Shown piece after piece: positions 1 to 8,748 of a DNA stretch of 64,000 bases. The first letter of the stretch is position 1, and each line of letters opens with the position of its first letter. Below the pieces are notes generated by a model that did no database searches, was not told the origin of the DNA, and saw nothing but the letters and a program-made list of their open reading frames with translations. Location: the NCBI GenBank assembly GCA_965243645.1, contig CBDEVD010000005.1, positions 965,132 to 1,029,131 of the forward strand. The letters are read 5' to 3'. Source of the stretch: Arenicellales bacterium (GTDB lineage Bacteria > Pseudomonadota > Gammaproteobacteria > Arenicellales > JAJDZL01). The position numbers and the translations under genes are program-made.

Positions 1-210
1 CAGCACCACTTCCGGGATCGTTCTGAAAAAGTCGATGAATCCATTGGCTAGGCGGAATGCTAAGCCCCGCTGTTGTAATTTACCGAGGCAAGCGATCATC
101 CCAACCACGATGCCGATCAACAGTGATACTGCAGAGATCCAAATGGTGACACCGAACGCCTGCAGGAGATCTGGCCCATAGCGTATGAGTTGGTCCCATT
201 CAAATCTCAT
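1..210 (-). CDS. amino-acid ABC transporter permease (N-terminal part; gene runs off the window)
   Basis: ATG at 210-208 overlaps the TGA of the upstream permease (TGATG). My translation is MRFEWDQLIRYGPDLLQAFGVTIWISAVSL..., a typical HisM/HisQ-type permease N-terminus. Confidence 0.7.
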   Translation of the reverse strand, partial: MRFEWDQLIRYGPDLLQAFGVTIWISAVSLLIGIVVGMIACLGKLQQRGLAFRLANGFIDFFRTIPEVVL

Positions 211-950
211 CAGCGTTCTCTTTTTTGGAGGAAGTACTCCAGTTTCAAGGTCGTCTTACTCATCGCGATGCCGACTACAAAGTAAATCAACGCGATGGCA
301 CTGAACAATTCCACTGGTTTGAATGTCACGTTACTGATGCGGTTGGTAACCGTCATCAACTCGCTGACTTGTAAAATCGACAGGATGGCCGTACCCTTGA
401 AGAAACTGATGGTCAAATTGACCAATGGCGGAATCATTGTGCGAATCGCCGGTGGCAGTATGACCCGAGTCCAGCGAATCCTGGCCGGTAGCGCCAGGGA
501 ATAAGCAGCCTCCCACTGTCCCTTGGGTACGGATTCGATTCCAGCTCGCACAATTTCGGTGAAATAGGCGCTGGCCTGAAGTGTAATGCCGATTACACCA
601 CTTTCTAGTGCCGTAGTATTAATCCCTGTCACCAAAGGCAGTGCAAAGTGAATCCAGATTAACTGCACCAGAAGTGGTGTGTTGCGCCAAATTTCAACAA
701 AGGCGATAACGATCCAACGCAGTGGTGCAATATTGGATTGACTGGCGATCGCCAGTATAGTTCCAAATGTTAAGCCGGCAACCGCCGCGCATGCTGTTAA
801 GCCTAGAGTTACCAGCAACCCCCTGAGCAGTACCTCGCGATACTCCCAAACCACAGAAAAGTCGAGTGACAATAACAAATTCCAATTCAGAAAATAGGCC
901 AGTGTTCCCAACGCCAGGAGCAGAACTACCGGAAAGGAATACTTAGCCAC
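210..950 (-). CDS. amino-acid ABC transporter permease (His/Glu/Gln/Arg/opine family)
   Basis: 246-aa polytopic membrane ORF with the conserved EAA-like loop (EAAYSLALPARIRWTRVILPPAIR) of polar amino-acid uptake permeases. Confidence 0.85.
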   Translation of the reverse strand: MAKYSFPVVLLLALGTLAYFLNWNLLLSLDFSVVWEYREVLLRGLLVTLGLTACAAVAGLTFGTILAIASQSNIAPLRWIVIAFVEIWRNTPLLVQLIWIHFALPLVTGINTTALESGVIGITLQASAYFTEIVRAGIESVPKGQWEAAYSLALPARIRWTRVILPPAIRTMIPPLVNLTISFFKGTAILSILQVSELMTVTNRISNVTFKPVELFSAIALIYFVVGIAMSKTTLKLEYFLQKRER

Positions 951-986
951 GGAGTCAACTGTGCATCGAAAATTCGTCTTGAACGG

Positions 987-3182
987 TCACTCGGACAGAA
1001 ATCGTTCAAGTACGTTTTGTGTCAGTCTCGAGATGTTGTTATTGAAGCCATTCCAGGGTAAACTACCGCAGTAGGTAATGGAGCCGACCGAGAAGACAAA
1101 GCCATTTTGGGGTGTTTCGAAAATCACCATGTCTGATCGAATCAGTTTGTCAACCGGATCTCCAGTGCGAGTTTTCTGGTGTGACAGTATTTCTTCCGGT
1201 ACCAGGACAAAGTGATCAGGATAAGTTTCTGAACTGGCCAGCACAACAGTGTTGAGCGGTGATCCAAGGCCGTAATCCACCCGATCGAGTTCAAAGCCGG
1301 CAGCACCACCGCCGTTTAACCCAAAGTCTCCAAGTATTTCATCGTCGATGCCGTCAAACACCCATTCAAATTTATCGGGAATATCGGGATTTCTGCGGTA
1401 ATACGTTCCCTGAAAATCGCCTTGCCCGGTAAAGCCCACGCCCGCCAACTGCTGGGGTGGACGACCATTGCGTAACCACATACCACCGTATTCACCATCC
1501 AAGGCGTTGTAATATTCACCCGGTTCTGCTGCCCAAGTACGAATGCCGCCTTCGGCTCTTCGAATTTCCAACATGCCAGGCAGATCATCGCGAATGCCAA
1601 CCTTCCAGTAAAAGCCGTTACCACCCATATACATGAAGCGTCCGCCGGTGCGTGAATACTCCAGGATCGCATCCAATGTATTGCTGGTGTGATACTCGGG
1701 ATGACTCATGGTCAATACAACTTGATAAGGCTTGAGAATTGCACTGCCATCGGCATGGACATCCTCATCCGCGACCACGTCATAGTCGTATCCGAGGTGC
1801 TCCAGCCAGGCTAGCAAATGGGTATCGGCTGGTAGGTGTCGCATCCCGGAGCCAGCATAAGGGCGGAAAATCGTGATGTAATTGGGCCGCATAGTAAGCG
1901 ACGGTCGCAAGCCTGAGGACAAACTGATTCCGCTTCCATCATTGTGTTCGTTGTAGGTCGACAAACCAAAGTTGCGAATCTCGTCCGGTGTCCAGCGCCG
2001 CGTCCCTCTTTCCTTGACTAGTGCGTCGTATGCTGGCCCGGCTATGGAACGGGCTTGGTTGTTGTAAACGGTATAGGTGAAAGTGGGGACAATGACACAA
2101 ATTCTGGATTGCGGTAGTCCCGTTTTTGGGCGAACGTAGAAAGGGATGTCTTCATAGGCATCCTGACACTCAATCCGCATGGAATACATTGCGCTTGCAA
2201 AATGATCGGGGACTTTGAACGAAAAGTCAGTCTGCCACTGACAGTCATAAATATCGTCGTCATGAAAGTGAATGGCACCATATTCGTGCGGCGCGTGTTT
2301 CCACGCCATTTCCCGTCCGCTCCAGTTGGAGCCGCGCATTGCACGGGTCGGACAATTGACTAAGTTGCCATGAAGTTCATTGGGGCCAACATCGGTGACT
2401 GACTGGGTGCTGATACCTTGAGCAAAGTCCCACTCAGCTATCGATGCCGGATGTCTTGTGTTTTCGGACCAACTGAGCTTTGAATTCTCCGGATAAAGCC
2501 CGTTATGAAGGCCTGGCCTTTCAATTTTGCCATTGAAATGCCGTGCCTTGACCCCGGTGTCTGAAGACGCAATCAGCACCTCATCGACGGTGGTCAATGG
2601 TGGTAGCCCTTCGCATCGACTCGTTGTGAAGTCATTGTCAATTCCAACATAGTTCTCAAGGTGCGCGCTCTGACCAATGCTGACCGTCTCGGTGGCAAGG
2701 TCAATCGAACACCAAACGGAGTACCAGTTTCGCTGTTGCAAGCGGGCGTTTAAAGTCAATTCAAACGACTCATTGATACAGACGCTGAGGCGGCCGCGGG
2801 AATCGATTGACAGATCCAATAGTCGTGAGCCGTTTGTATCTCGCATACATATGACGGATTGTTGTCCGCCATCAGGGAGGGTTGGCCAAATATTTGCGGC
2901 AAGTGTGAATTGATCGTGGTGAGCCAATTGTTCTGCGACATTGATGCGTGCGTAGGAACCGAGCTTGGCCTGCTGTCTTCGGGACGGAAACTTGCCGGAA
3001 AAAACTGAACTTAAATCCTCTTCGATAATCCCGGGTCCATCCGGATTAGGATCCGCACAGGTGATTCGAACCAGTTTGACGGAGTAAGGTTCGTCGAATT
3101 CACTACTGATTTTGAACTGAATGATCTGGTTGTGACCGACAGACCACCGGTTTGCGTAACCCGAAATTGGAATCATATTCAT
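987..3182 (-). CDS. N,N-dimethylformamidase large-subunit-like protein (LamG-like plus amidase-like domains)
   Basis: 731-aa ORF. Its size and overall sequence character (N-terminal jelly-roll-like region, C-terminal GGNGFYWKV / GGGAAGFELD segments) match my recollection of the DmfA2-like family. No small-subunit gene is adjacent. Confidence 0.5.
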   Translation of the reverse strand: MNMIPISGYANRWSVGHNQIIQFKISSEFDEPYSVKLVRITCADPNPDGPGIIEEDLSSVFSGKFPSRRQQAKLGSYARINVAEQLAHHDQFTLAANIWPTLPDGGQQSVICMRDTNGSRLLDLSIDSRGRLSVCINESFELTLNARLQQRNWYSVWCSIDLATETVSIGQSAHLENYVGIDNDFTTSRCEGLPPLTTVDEVLIASSDTGVKARHFNGKIERPGLHNGLYPENSKLSWSENTRHPASIAEWDFAQGISTQSVTDVGPNELHGNLVNCPTRAMRGSNWSGREMAWKHAPHEYGAIHFHDDDIYDCQWQTDFSFKVPDHFASAMYSMRIECQDAYEDIPFYVRPKTGLPQSRICVIVPTFTYTVYNNQARSIAGPAYDALVKERGTRRWTPDEIRNFGLSTYNEHNDGSGISLSSGLRPSLTMRPNYITIFRPYAGSGMRHLPADTHLLAWLEHLGYDYDVVADEDVHADGSAILKPYQVVLTMSHPEYHTSNTLDAILEYSRTGGRFMYMGGNGFYWKVGIRDDLPGMLEIRRAEGGIRTWAAEPGEYYNALDGEYGGMWLRNGRPPQQLAGVGFTGQGDFQGTYYRRNPDIPDKFEWVFDGIDDEILGDFGLNGGGAAGFELDRVDYGLGSPLNTVVLASSETYPDHFVLVPEEILSHQKTRTGDPVDKLIRSDMVIFETPQNGFVFSVGSITYCGSLPWNGFNNNISRLTQNVLERFLSE

Positions 3183-3446
3183 TTACCTCATCATAACTGT
3201 CCTAAAAGTTATTGTAGTTACTAAGTTGGCAAGCCATTCGATTCAATGCAAAGCGCTTGTTTAGGCTAATAATTGAATCTCAAACCATTCAGACTTCGTT
3301 GAAATATCGGCGTTCTAGCAGGTAGTAATAGATTTACACTCTTGCTCTTAGTGTGTTTACTCAAGGCTGTCGCTTACAGTAAAATTTTTGGCTGTTTGAA
3401 TCGATAGAGCATTTGATTAACTCCAGATTTCGGTGGAATTTTTCCA

Positions 3447-4523
3447 ATGAGCACACCTGCATCAAAAATTGACTACGATGGACAGTGGATTGAAATTTCC
3501 ATAGAAACAATTCACGTGACACTGGTAGCAATCTATATCGGGCTTGGTTGCGATTCAAAGGAAGCATCCCTGGTGGCTGAGCATTTGATCGATTCCAGCC
3601 TTTGCGGTGTTGAAAGTCACGGTGTCATGCGAACCTTGCAGTATGCCGAGCAATTTCAGTCCGGTACTTTGAACCCACGAGCGCGACCGCACACAGAGTT
3701 CAGTAGTGGCAGTATAGAAATTATCGACGGCGATGGCGGCTTGGGCATTCAGTCAATGATACTGGCTTACGAACAAGGTATGGCGCGAGCGGCTGAGACG
3801 GGGATTTGTGCGACGGCGGTTCGCAATGTCGGTCACACGGGTCGGCTTGGTGCCTACGCCGATGATGCTGCGACGAAAGGCTTTCTTACCATCTGTATGG
3901 GTGGAGGGAATCGCTATAACTGGCGACAAGCTGCGCCTCACGGAGGCGCCAAAGGAATATTACCCACCAACCCCTGGTGTATTGGAATACCAGGTGGTGT
4001 TCAAGGACCGGTGGTTGTCGATTTCGCAACGTCCAAAATCGCCGGCGGGTGGATTTACGCGGCACACTCTGCAGGCGCCCGATTGCCGGCGGGGAGTGTC
4101 ATCGACCGTGATGGTAATCCCACGATTGACCCCGCGGATTATTTCAATGGGGGTGCGATTCTTCCAGCTGGTGGACACAAAGGCTACGGCCTTGCAGTGA
4201 TTGCCGAGTTGGTTGCAGAGGCGCTCGTTGGTCCTGCGAAAGTGGAATGTAACTGGATGGTTATGGTACTTGATACCAAACAGTTGCGATCAAAGTCTCA
4301 CATGGAAACCATTGCAGAGGAAATTTTAGCAGAACTGCGAGAATGCCCGCCAGCGCCAGGGTTTGACAAGGTAGAAATTCCCGGTGAAAGAGAGCGGCTG
4401 CACCGAATGCGTTGTGGAGAGGTGATTATGCTGCCGGCTCCGACTTGGCAGCAAATTCAAATGCTTGAGTCGCAAGTCCAGACTGCTGGTAACGAATTTG
4501 TAAAGATGACAAGTAGGGATTGA
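3447..4523 (+). CDS. Ldh_2 family (malate/L-lactate/ureidoglycolate or delta1-pyrroline/piperideine-2-carboxylate) dehydrogenase
   Basis: 358 aa with Ldh_2 hallmarks: ESHGVMR, NVGHTGRLGAY, PAGGHKGYGLA. Confidence 0.8.
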   Translation: MSTPASKIDYDGQWIEISIETIHVTLVAIYIGLGCDSKEASLVAEHLIDSSLCGVESHGVMRTLQYAEQFQSGTLNPRARPHTEFSSGSIEIIDGDGGLGIQSMILAYEQGMARAAETGICATAVRNVGHTGRLGAYADDAATKGFLTICMGGGNRYNWRQAAPHGGAKGILPTNPWCIGIPGGVQGPVVVDFATSKIAGGWIYAAHSAGARLPAGSVIDRDGNPTIDPADYFNGGAILPAGGHKGYGLAVIAELVAEALVGPAKVECNWMVMVLDTKQLRSKSHMETIAEEILAELRECPPAPGFDKVEIPGERERLHRMRCGEVIMLPAPTWQQIQMLESQVQTAGNEFVKMTSRD

Positions 4524-4573
4524 GTCACTAAGTCTATGTTGTCAGGACACGTATCAAAATGACAAAATTCGGA

Positions 4574-5065
4574 TTATTTAAATACTTCGTGCAGGTTTGT
4601 CACGACCACAACGCGGTTCAACCACTGGTCCAGCTGCAGTTGGTCAGCGTTTTCGACTCTTGCTTCGACATCATCTCCCAAGTCGCCGAACCGTTGCTGC
4701 AATAGTCTGATCAGTATCGAGCGCGAGGTTTGATTGGAACCTTGTTCAATCCCTCGTTCAATTCCTCGTTCAATCCCTTGCTGTACGAATTCCTGTTCCC
4801 AAGTTGGAAACCCTCTGGCTACCATATCTGTGACCTCCTGAATTTCACCTGATTCAAACCAATAGCTTTTTCGAATGTTCTGTAACGCGTAGATAAACGT
4901 GTTGATTGTCTCGATGTATTCGTCTGACTGTCCGGCTGCTCTTGCGATTTTATTCGTCGTTTGAACTTGTTCCTCAAAATCTCTGTAATTTGTGGCATGC
5001 ACGCTTCTCAACAATGGCACAAACACATTGTCAGCCGGCAACGGCCCCGATGATGTCAATGACAT
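4574..5065 (-). CDS. stand-alone Rpn C-terminal domain protein (product of the duplicated 3' gene half)
   Basis: The 163-aa ORF is near-identical to residues ~185-344 of the upstream Rpn protein. Its ATG (5065) is created at the duplication junction, 8 nt after the TAG of the full-length gene. Confidence 0.6.
   Translation of the reverse strand: MSLTSSGPLPADNVFVPLLRSVHATNYRDFEEQVQTTNKIARAAGQSDEYIETINTFIYALQNIRKSYWFESGEIQEVTDMVARGFPTWEQEFVQQGIERGIERGIEQGSNQTSRSILIRLLQQRFGDLGDDVEARVENADQLQLDQWLNRVVVVTNLHEVFK
4742..4777. repeat. 12-bp coding tandem repeat, 3 units (GIER/GIEQ)
   Basis: ttgttcaatccc / tcgttcaattcc / tcgttcaatccc, read directly from the sequence. Confidence 0.9.
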
Positions 5066-5073
5066 AATTCGGA

Positions 5074-6108
5074 CTACTCAAATACTTCGTACAGGTTTGA
5101 CACGACCACAACGCGGTTCAACCACTGTTCCAGCTGCAGTTGGTCAGCGTTTTCGACTCTTGCTTCGACATCATCTCCCAAGTCACCGAACCGTTGCTGC
5201 AATAGTCTAATCAGTATCGAGCGCGAGGTTTGATTGGAACCTTGTTCAATCCCTCGTTCGATCCCTTGTTCAATCCCTTGTTCAATCCCTCGTTCGATCC
5301 CTTTTTTAATCCCTTGTTCAATCCCTTGCTGTACGAATTCCTGTTCCCAAGTTGGAAACCCTCTGGCTACCATATCTGTGACCTCCTGAATTTCGCCTGA
5401 TTCAAACCAATAGCTTTTTCGAATGTTCTGTAACGCGTAGATAAACGTGTTGATTGTCTCGATGTATTCGTCTGACTGTCCGGCTGCTCTTGCGATTTTA
5501 TTCGTCGTTTGAACTTGTTCCTCAAAATCTCTGTAATTTGTGGCATGCACGCTTCTCAACAATGGCACAAACACATTGTCAGCCGGCAACGGCCCCGATG
5601 TCAAATGATGTTTCCCATCGATCAGTACATATTGTGCATCAACAAAGGGTTGCTTGAACTTGAAACCCTTAGGCGTTTCAATTAAATCACCTATACGTGT
5701 TGCCGCATGCCAAGGTTCTTCACCATTATAAAAAACCGTCGGAATGATCATTGGTAGACTTGCATCTGCCGGTTGGGTGGCGTGGAGATGAGCATACCAG
5801 TTGAAAATATACTCTCCAATTCGAACTGCCATGCCACGTTGTACAGTGTTTTGCGCTTCGATCATGAACAGCAGGTACAGTTCATCATCGTTGTGGTAGT
5901 TAACCTTCCACATTATGTCGTTAAGCCGTTGTTTGGATAAGTGTTTGGGGCCGCGACCTCCGATAGATTCTGTAGGGTATTGGGTAAGAGACTCAAGGTT
6001 CAAATGACTAATGATGTCAGGGTCCATGAAGGCGCAGATAAACTCTTCAATCACCCAACGGTTAGCGAACAGTGATTTGTAGTCGAGGTCTGACATTAAC
6101 CTACCCAA
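5074..6108 (-). CDS. Rpn family recombination-promoting nuclease / putative transposase (YhgA-like PD-(D/E)XK)
   Basis: 344 aa. The N-terminus (DYKSLFANRWVIEEFI...LLFMIEAQNTV) is typical of YhgA/Rpn proteins. The C-terminal region carries GIE[RQ] repeats. Confidence 0.8.
   Translation of the reverse strand: MGRLMSDLDYKSLFANRWVIEEFICAFMDPDIISHLNLESLTQYPTESIGGRGPKHLSKQRLNDIMWKVNYHNDDELYLLFMIEAQNTVQRGMAVRIGEYIFNWYAHLHATQPADASLPMIIPTVFYNGEEPWHAATRIGDLIETPKGFKFKQPFVDAQYVLIDGKHHLTSGPLPADNVFVPLLRSVHATNYRDFEEQVQTTNKIARAAGQSDEYIETINTFIYALQNIRKSYWFESGEIQEVTDMVARGFPTWEQEFVQQGIEQGIKKGIERGIEQGIEQGIERGIEQGSNQTSRSILIRLLQQRFGDLGDDVEARVENADQLQLEQWLNRVVVVSNLYEVFE
5242..5325. repeat. 12-bp coding tandem repeat, 7 units (GIEQ/GIER/GIKK)
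   Basis: Seven consecutive units of the ttgttcaatccc / tcgttcgatccc / ttttttaatccc type, against 3 units in the duplicated copy. Confidence 0.9.
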
Positions 6109-6384
6109 TCAAATTGAATCATTCCAATAAAACGAAAGTCGGGGGAGCAACTGCACTGCGATGGATTGCAGATGGCAGGCGACGGAGAATAAGTATAGTG
6201 CTTGGTTAAAGTAGGTAGGAATTAGATTTAGGTAAAAATTGTTCATGCCGTCATATTTTGTCGTATTACGATTGCTCGGTGAGACGGCGGGTAGAAAACG
6301 ATTCAAAGTTTTAAAATGCCATTCTTTTCTCTCGTTGCGGCTTTAACTCATGAAGACTTAATGGAATTGACCCCTTTTTCTTTT

Positions 6385-7554
6385 TCAAGCATTCTGTAGT
6401 TTCCTCATTAGCCCGCTCAAGGGGATCATCGTAACGTTATCTGAGACCTTAATTTCCTCACCGCCTCCGTAAACAACAAACTTTTGGGTTGCGCCAATTT
6501 CATCACAAGTGCGACTGAAAACCCTGCTGATTTTAGGAGCGAGCCCGAATTTGATTTCAACAGCCCAAATCTCGTTGTATGCCAAACGGATGATCAAATC
6601 GATTTCAGCACCAGTGGATGCTTGATAAAAATAGGTTTCGGCACGATCCGGCAAAACAGAATGAATGTTTTCGATGACGAGCCCCTCCCAGCTCTTTCCC
6701 AATACAGGGTGGGACAACAGTGCTTCATAACTCAAAATGCCCAACAGTTGGTGTAGAACACCACTGTCTCTAACGTAGCAGCGCGGCGATTTAATCCATC
6801 GCTTTTTGGTGTTCTCGTACCAAGGCATCAAGCGTCTGACCAGCCGCAGATCAACCAGAATATCAACGTACCGGCTGACTGTTTTCGCGTCGATTTCAAG
6901 ACTGCCGCCAAGTTTTGAAAAATTGACTGTTTCTCCCTGCATATGGGACAGCATCGTCCACAATCGTCGCAATCGTGTTGCCGGAATAGGGTAGGCTAAT
7001 TGTGGAATATCCCGTTCGAGATAGGTGGTTACCAGGTCTGACAGCCATCTATTGCTCGATTCGTCACACCCAGCCAGATAACTGTCAGGAAATCCACCGC
7101 GTAGCCATCTGGAATTTAACGCAGATCTCTGTGGTTCGATTTCCAGAATATTCAGGCCATACAATTCGAGGTAACCAATGCGTCCCGCCAGGGTTTCTGA
7201 GGTTTGTCGCAACAAGTTCATCGACGCCGAACCAAGCAGCAAAAACTGCTTCCCTTTTCGCCCTTCCCATCGATTGTCGTCAATTACGCTACGTAAGACG
7301 GAAAAAATTTCAGGAGCCCGTTGAATTTCGTCGAGAATGATCAGTTTATCTGAACGGTCAGCAAAAAAACTCAATGGGTCGTCCAACAGTTGGGCATCTC
7401 TAGGGTTTTGCAGATCAATGTAAACAGAATCTTCCTGTTGCGCGATTAATTTGGCGAGCGTAGTTTTCCCCACTTGTCGTGCGCCGACGAGGGCAACAGC
7501 TGGACGTTGCTCAATCAGGTTGCACAGTTTTGTTCTTAGCCAACGATCTAACAT
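6385..7554 (-). CDS. AAA-family ATPase with DUF4143-type C-terminal domain (COG1373-like)
   Basis: Walker A VGARQVGKTTLAK, Walker B LIILDEIQ, and a long C-terminal region typical of ATPase/DUF4143 proteins. I prefer the start at the internal ATG 7554 (MLDRWL...). The ORF track extends to 7590. Confidence 0.75.
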   Translation of the reverse strand: MLDRWLRTKLCNLIEQRPAVALVGARQVGKTTLAKLIAQQEDSVYIDLQNPRDAQLLDDPLSFFADRSDKLIILDEIQRAPEIFSVLRSVIDDNRWEGRKGKQFLLLGSASMNLLRQTSETLAGRIGYLELYGLNILEIEPQRSALNSRWLRGGFPDSYLAGCDESSNRWLSDLVTTYLERDIPQLAYPIPATRLRRLWTMLSHMQGETVNFSKLGGSLEIDAKTVSRYVDILVDLRLVRRLMPWYENTKKRWIKSPRCYVRDSGVLHQLLGILSYEALLSHPVLGKSWEGLVIENIHSVLPDRAETYFYQASTGAEIDLIIRLAYNEIWAVEIKFGLAPKISRVFSRTCDEIGATQKFVVYGGGEEIKVSDNVTMIPLSGLMRKLQNA

Positions 7555-7726
7555 TATGTGAATTATAGGAATTACATTTCGGAAATACACGATTATTCCC
7601 CAAATTAGCCGACAAGTTAGATCGAATGGACTGATTACACCGTCGAGAGTGCGTTTATCCCTGTTGGTATTAGATCATCAGGTGGGACTTGTGTCAGGTG
7701 GTGTTTTTATTGGGTTCCATATGGGG

Positions 7727-8716
7727 TTAGACTTCAACAGCCACCACAGTCATGCAGTCTCCAGCTTGGATCAGTCCTGGAAAATGTCGTCCCGCTAAAA
7801 TTCCACTGCGCCTCGAGCGATATACAACTGGCTCAACCCCAGTCCGGTCAAGCGGCCACACTTTTGCCACACAATCGCCCTGCGACACAGCATCTCCCAA
7901 ATCGACCACAGGCTCAAGCAGACCATCGTGTTCACTGATCACAAAGCAGTCGCCATCCGGCATTTCCAGATGAATCGTTGGTTCAATGACCGGCTCAGCT
8001 TGCAGAATTCCAGCATGGGCGAGAACATTGTTCAAACCCTTTTTTGCGAGCCGAACCGTTGAGGCGCGGGTGGTGCCACCCCCACCCAACTCAGTCGAAA
8101 CGAATACTTTCCCCTGATCTTCAACTGCAGTATCGTACATTCCCGTGTTGTCAATCTCGAGCAGGATGGTCGAATAGGGTGCGTTGAATGCCTCCATTGC
8201 TGCCACACAGGCAGCTTGCTGTGCTTTATTCTCTAGAATGTGAGCGGCGGCAAGTGGTACAAATTCAAGTGTTTTGCCGCCTGAGTGTATGTCGACGACA
8301 ACATCTGCTTCCGGTACCAGTGTGCGCATGAAAAAATCAGCAACCTTTTCTGTGACGGTTCCCCGAGGATGTCCAGGGAAGACGCGATTCATGTTACCAT
8401 CATCAATGGGAGAGTTGCGAGTGCCGGCTCGGAAAGCCGGGTAGTTGAATGCCGGAATGATGATGACCCGGCCGGTGATGTCAAGCGGGTCCAGATTCAA
8501 CGCCAGGTGTTGTAACGCGACCGGTCCTTCGTATTCGTCACCGTGATTGGCACCGGTCAGCAGCGCAGTCGGGCCAGACCCATTCTGAATGACGGTCAAG
8601 GGTATCATGATTGAACCCCAGGCAGAGTCATTTCTGCTATGTGGCAGATTCAAAAAACCATGATGGGCACCATCCTGATCCAACGGGATGGTAGGAGTAA
8701 TCGGATTATTCTGCAT
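7727..8716 (-). CDS. doeB: N-alpha-acetyl-L-2,4-diaminobutyrate deacetylase (succinylglutamate desuccinylase/aspartoacylase family), DoeB/EutE
   Basis: 329-aa AstE/AspA-family zinc hydrolase (GANHGDEYEG, DIHSGG) placed as the last gene after doeA in a eutABC-doeAB arrangement. Confidence 0.75.
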   Translation of the reverse strand: MQNNPITPTIPLDQDGAHHGFLNLPHSRNDSAWGSIMIPLTVIQNGSGPTALLTGANHGDEYEGPVALQHLALNLDPLDITGRVIIIPAFNYPAFRAGTRNSPIDDGNMNRVFPGHPRGTVTEKVADFFMRTLVPEADVVVDIHSGGKTLEFVPLAAAHILENKAQQAACVAAMEAFNAPYSTILLEIDNTGMYDTAVEDQGKVFVSTELGGGGTTRASTVRLAKKGLNNVLAHAGILQAEPVIEPTIHLEMPDGDCFVISEHDGLLEPVVDLGDAVSQGDCVAKVWPLDRTGVEPVVYRSRRSGILAGRHFPGLIQAGDCMTVVAVEV

Positions 8717-8748
8717 ATCGATTCTCGTTGACGAGTTGGTTAATTTAT

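Larger units (their letters stand above)
4561..5608. repeat. head-to-tail tandem duplication (about 500 bp plus about 548 bp) of the 3' half of the rpn gene plus 13 bp of its 3' flank
   Basis: 4561-5060 and 5061-5608 align almost base for base: both start gaca[a/t]aattcgga and both end ...ggcaacggccccgatg. The length difference is 48 bp, i.e. four 12-bp units. Confidence 0.9.

Noticed and set aside
1316-2344. Internal or antisense ORFs inside large genes, e.g. 1316-1672, 2042-2344, 15023-15484, 15815-16222, 19219-19656, 31647-32300, 41867-42316, 46019-46660, 49502-49912
   Set aside because: They lie wholly within longer ORFs that have clear family signatures. Their composition is low-complexity, Arg/Ser/Cys-rich and typical of off-frame translation, and they carry no recognisable motifs. 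Treated as shadow ORFs.
5242-5325. Short regular repeats, considered as a possible CRISPR-like or minisatellite array
   Set aside because: The units are only 12 bp, contiguous without spacers, and in-frame inside the rpn ORF (GIE[RQ] peptide repeats). This is a coding tandem repeat, not a CRISPR array.
4537-7702. TGTTGTCAGG / TGTGTCAGG flanking the Rpn-ATPase islet, considered as target-site duplication or att sites
   Set aside because: The repeats are only 9-10 bp, imperfect (one indel), with no recombinase present. They are mentioned in a finding as weak evidence only.
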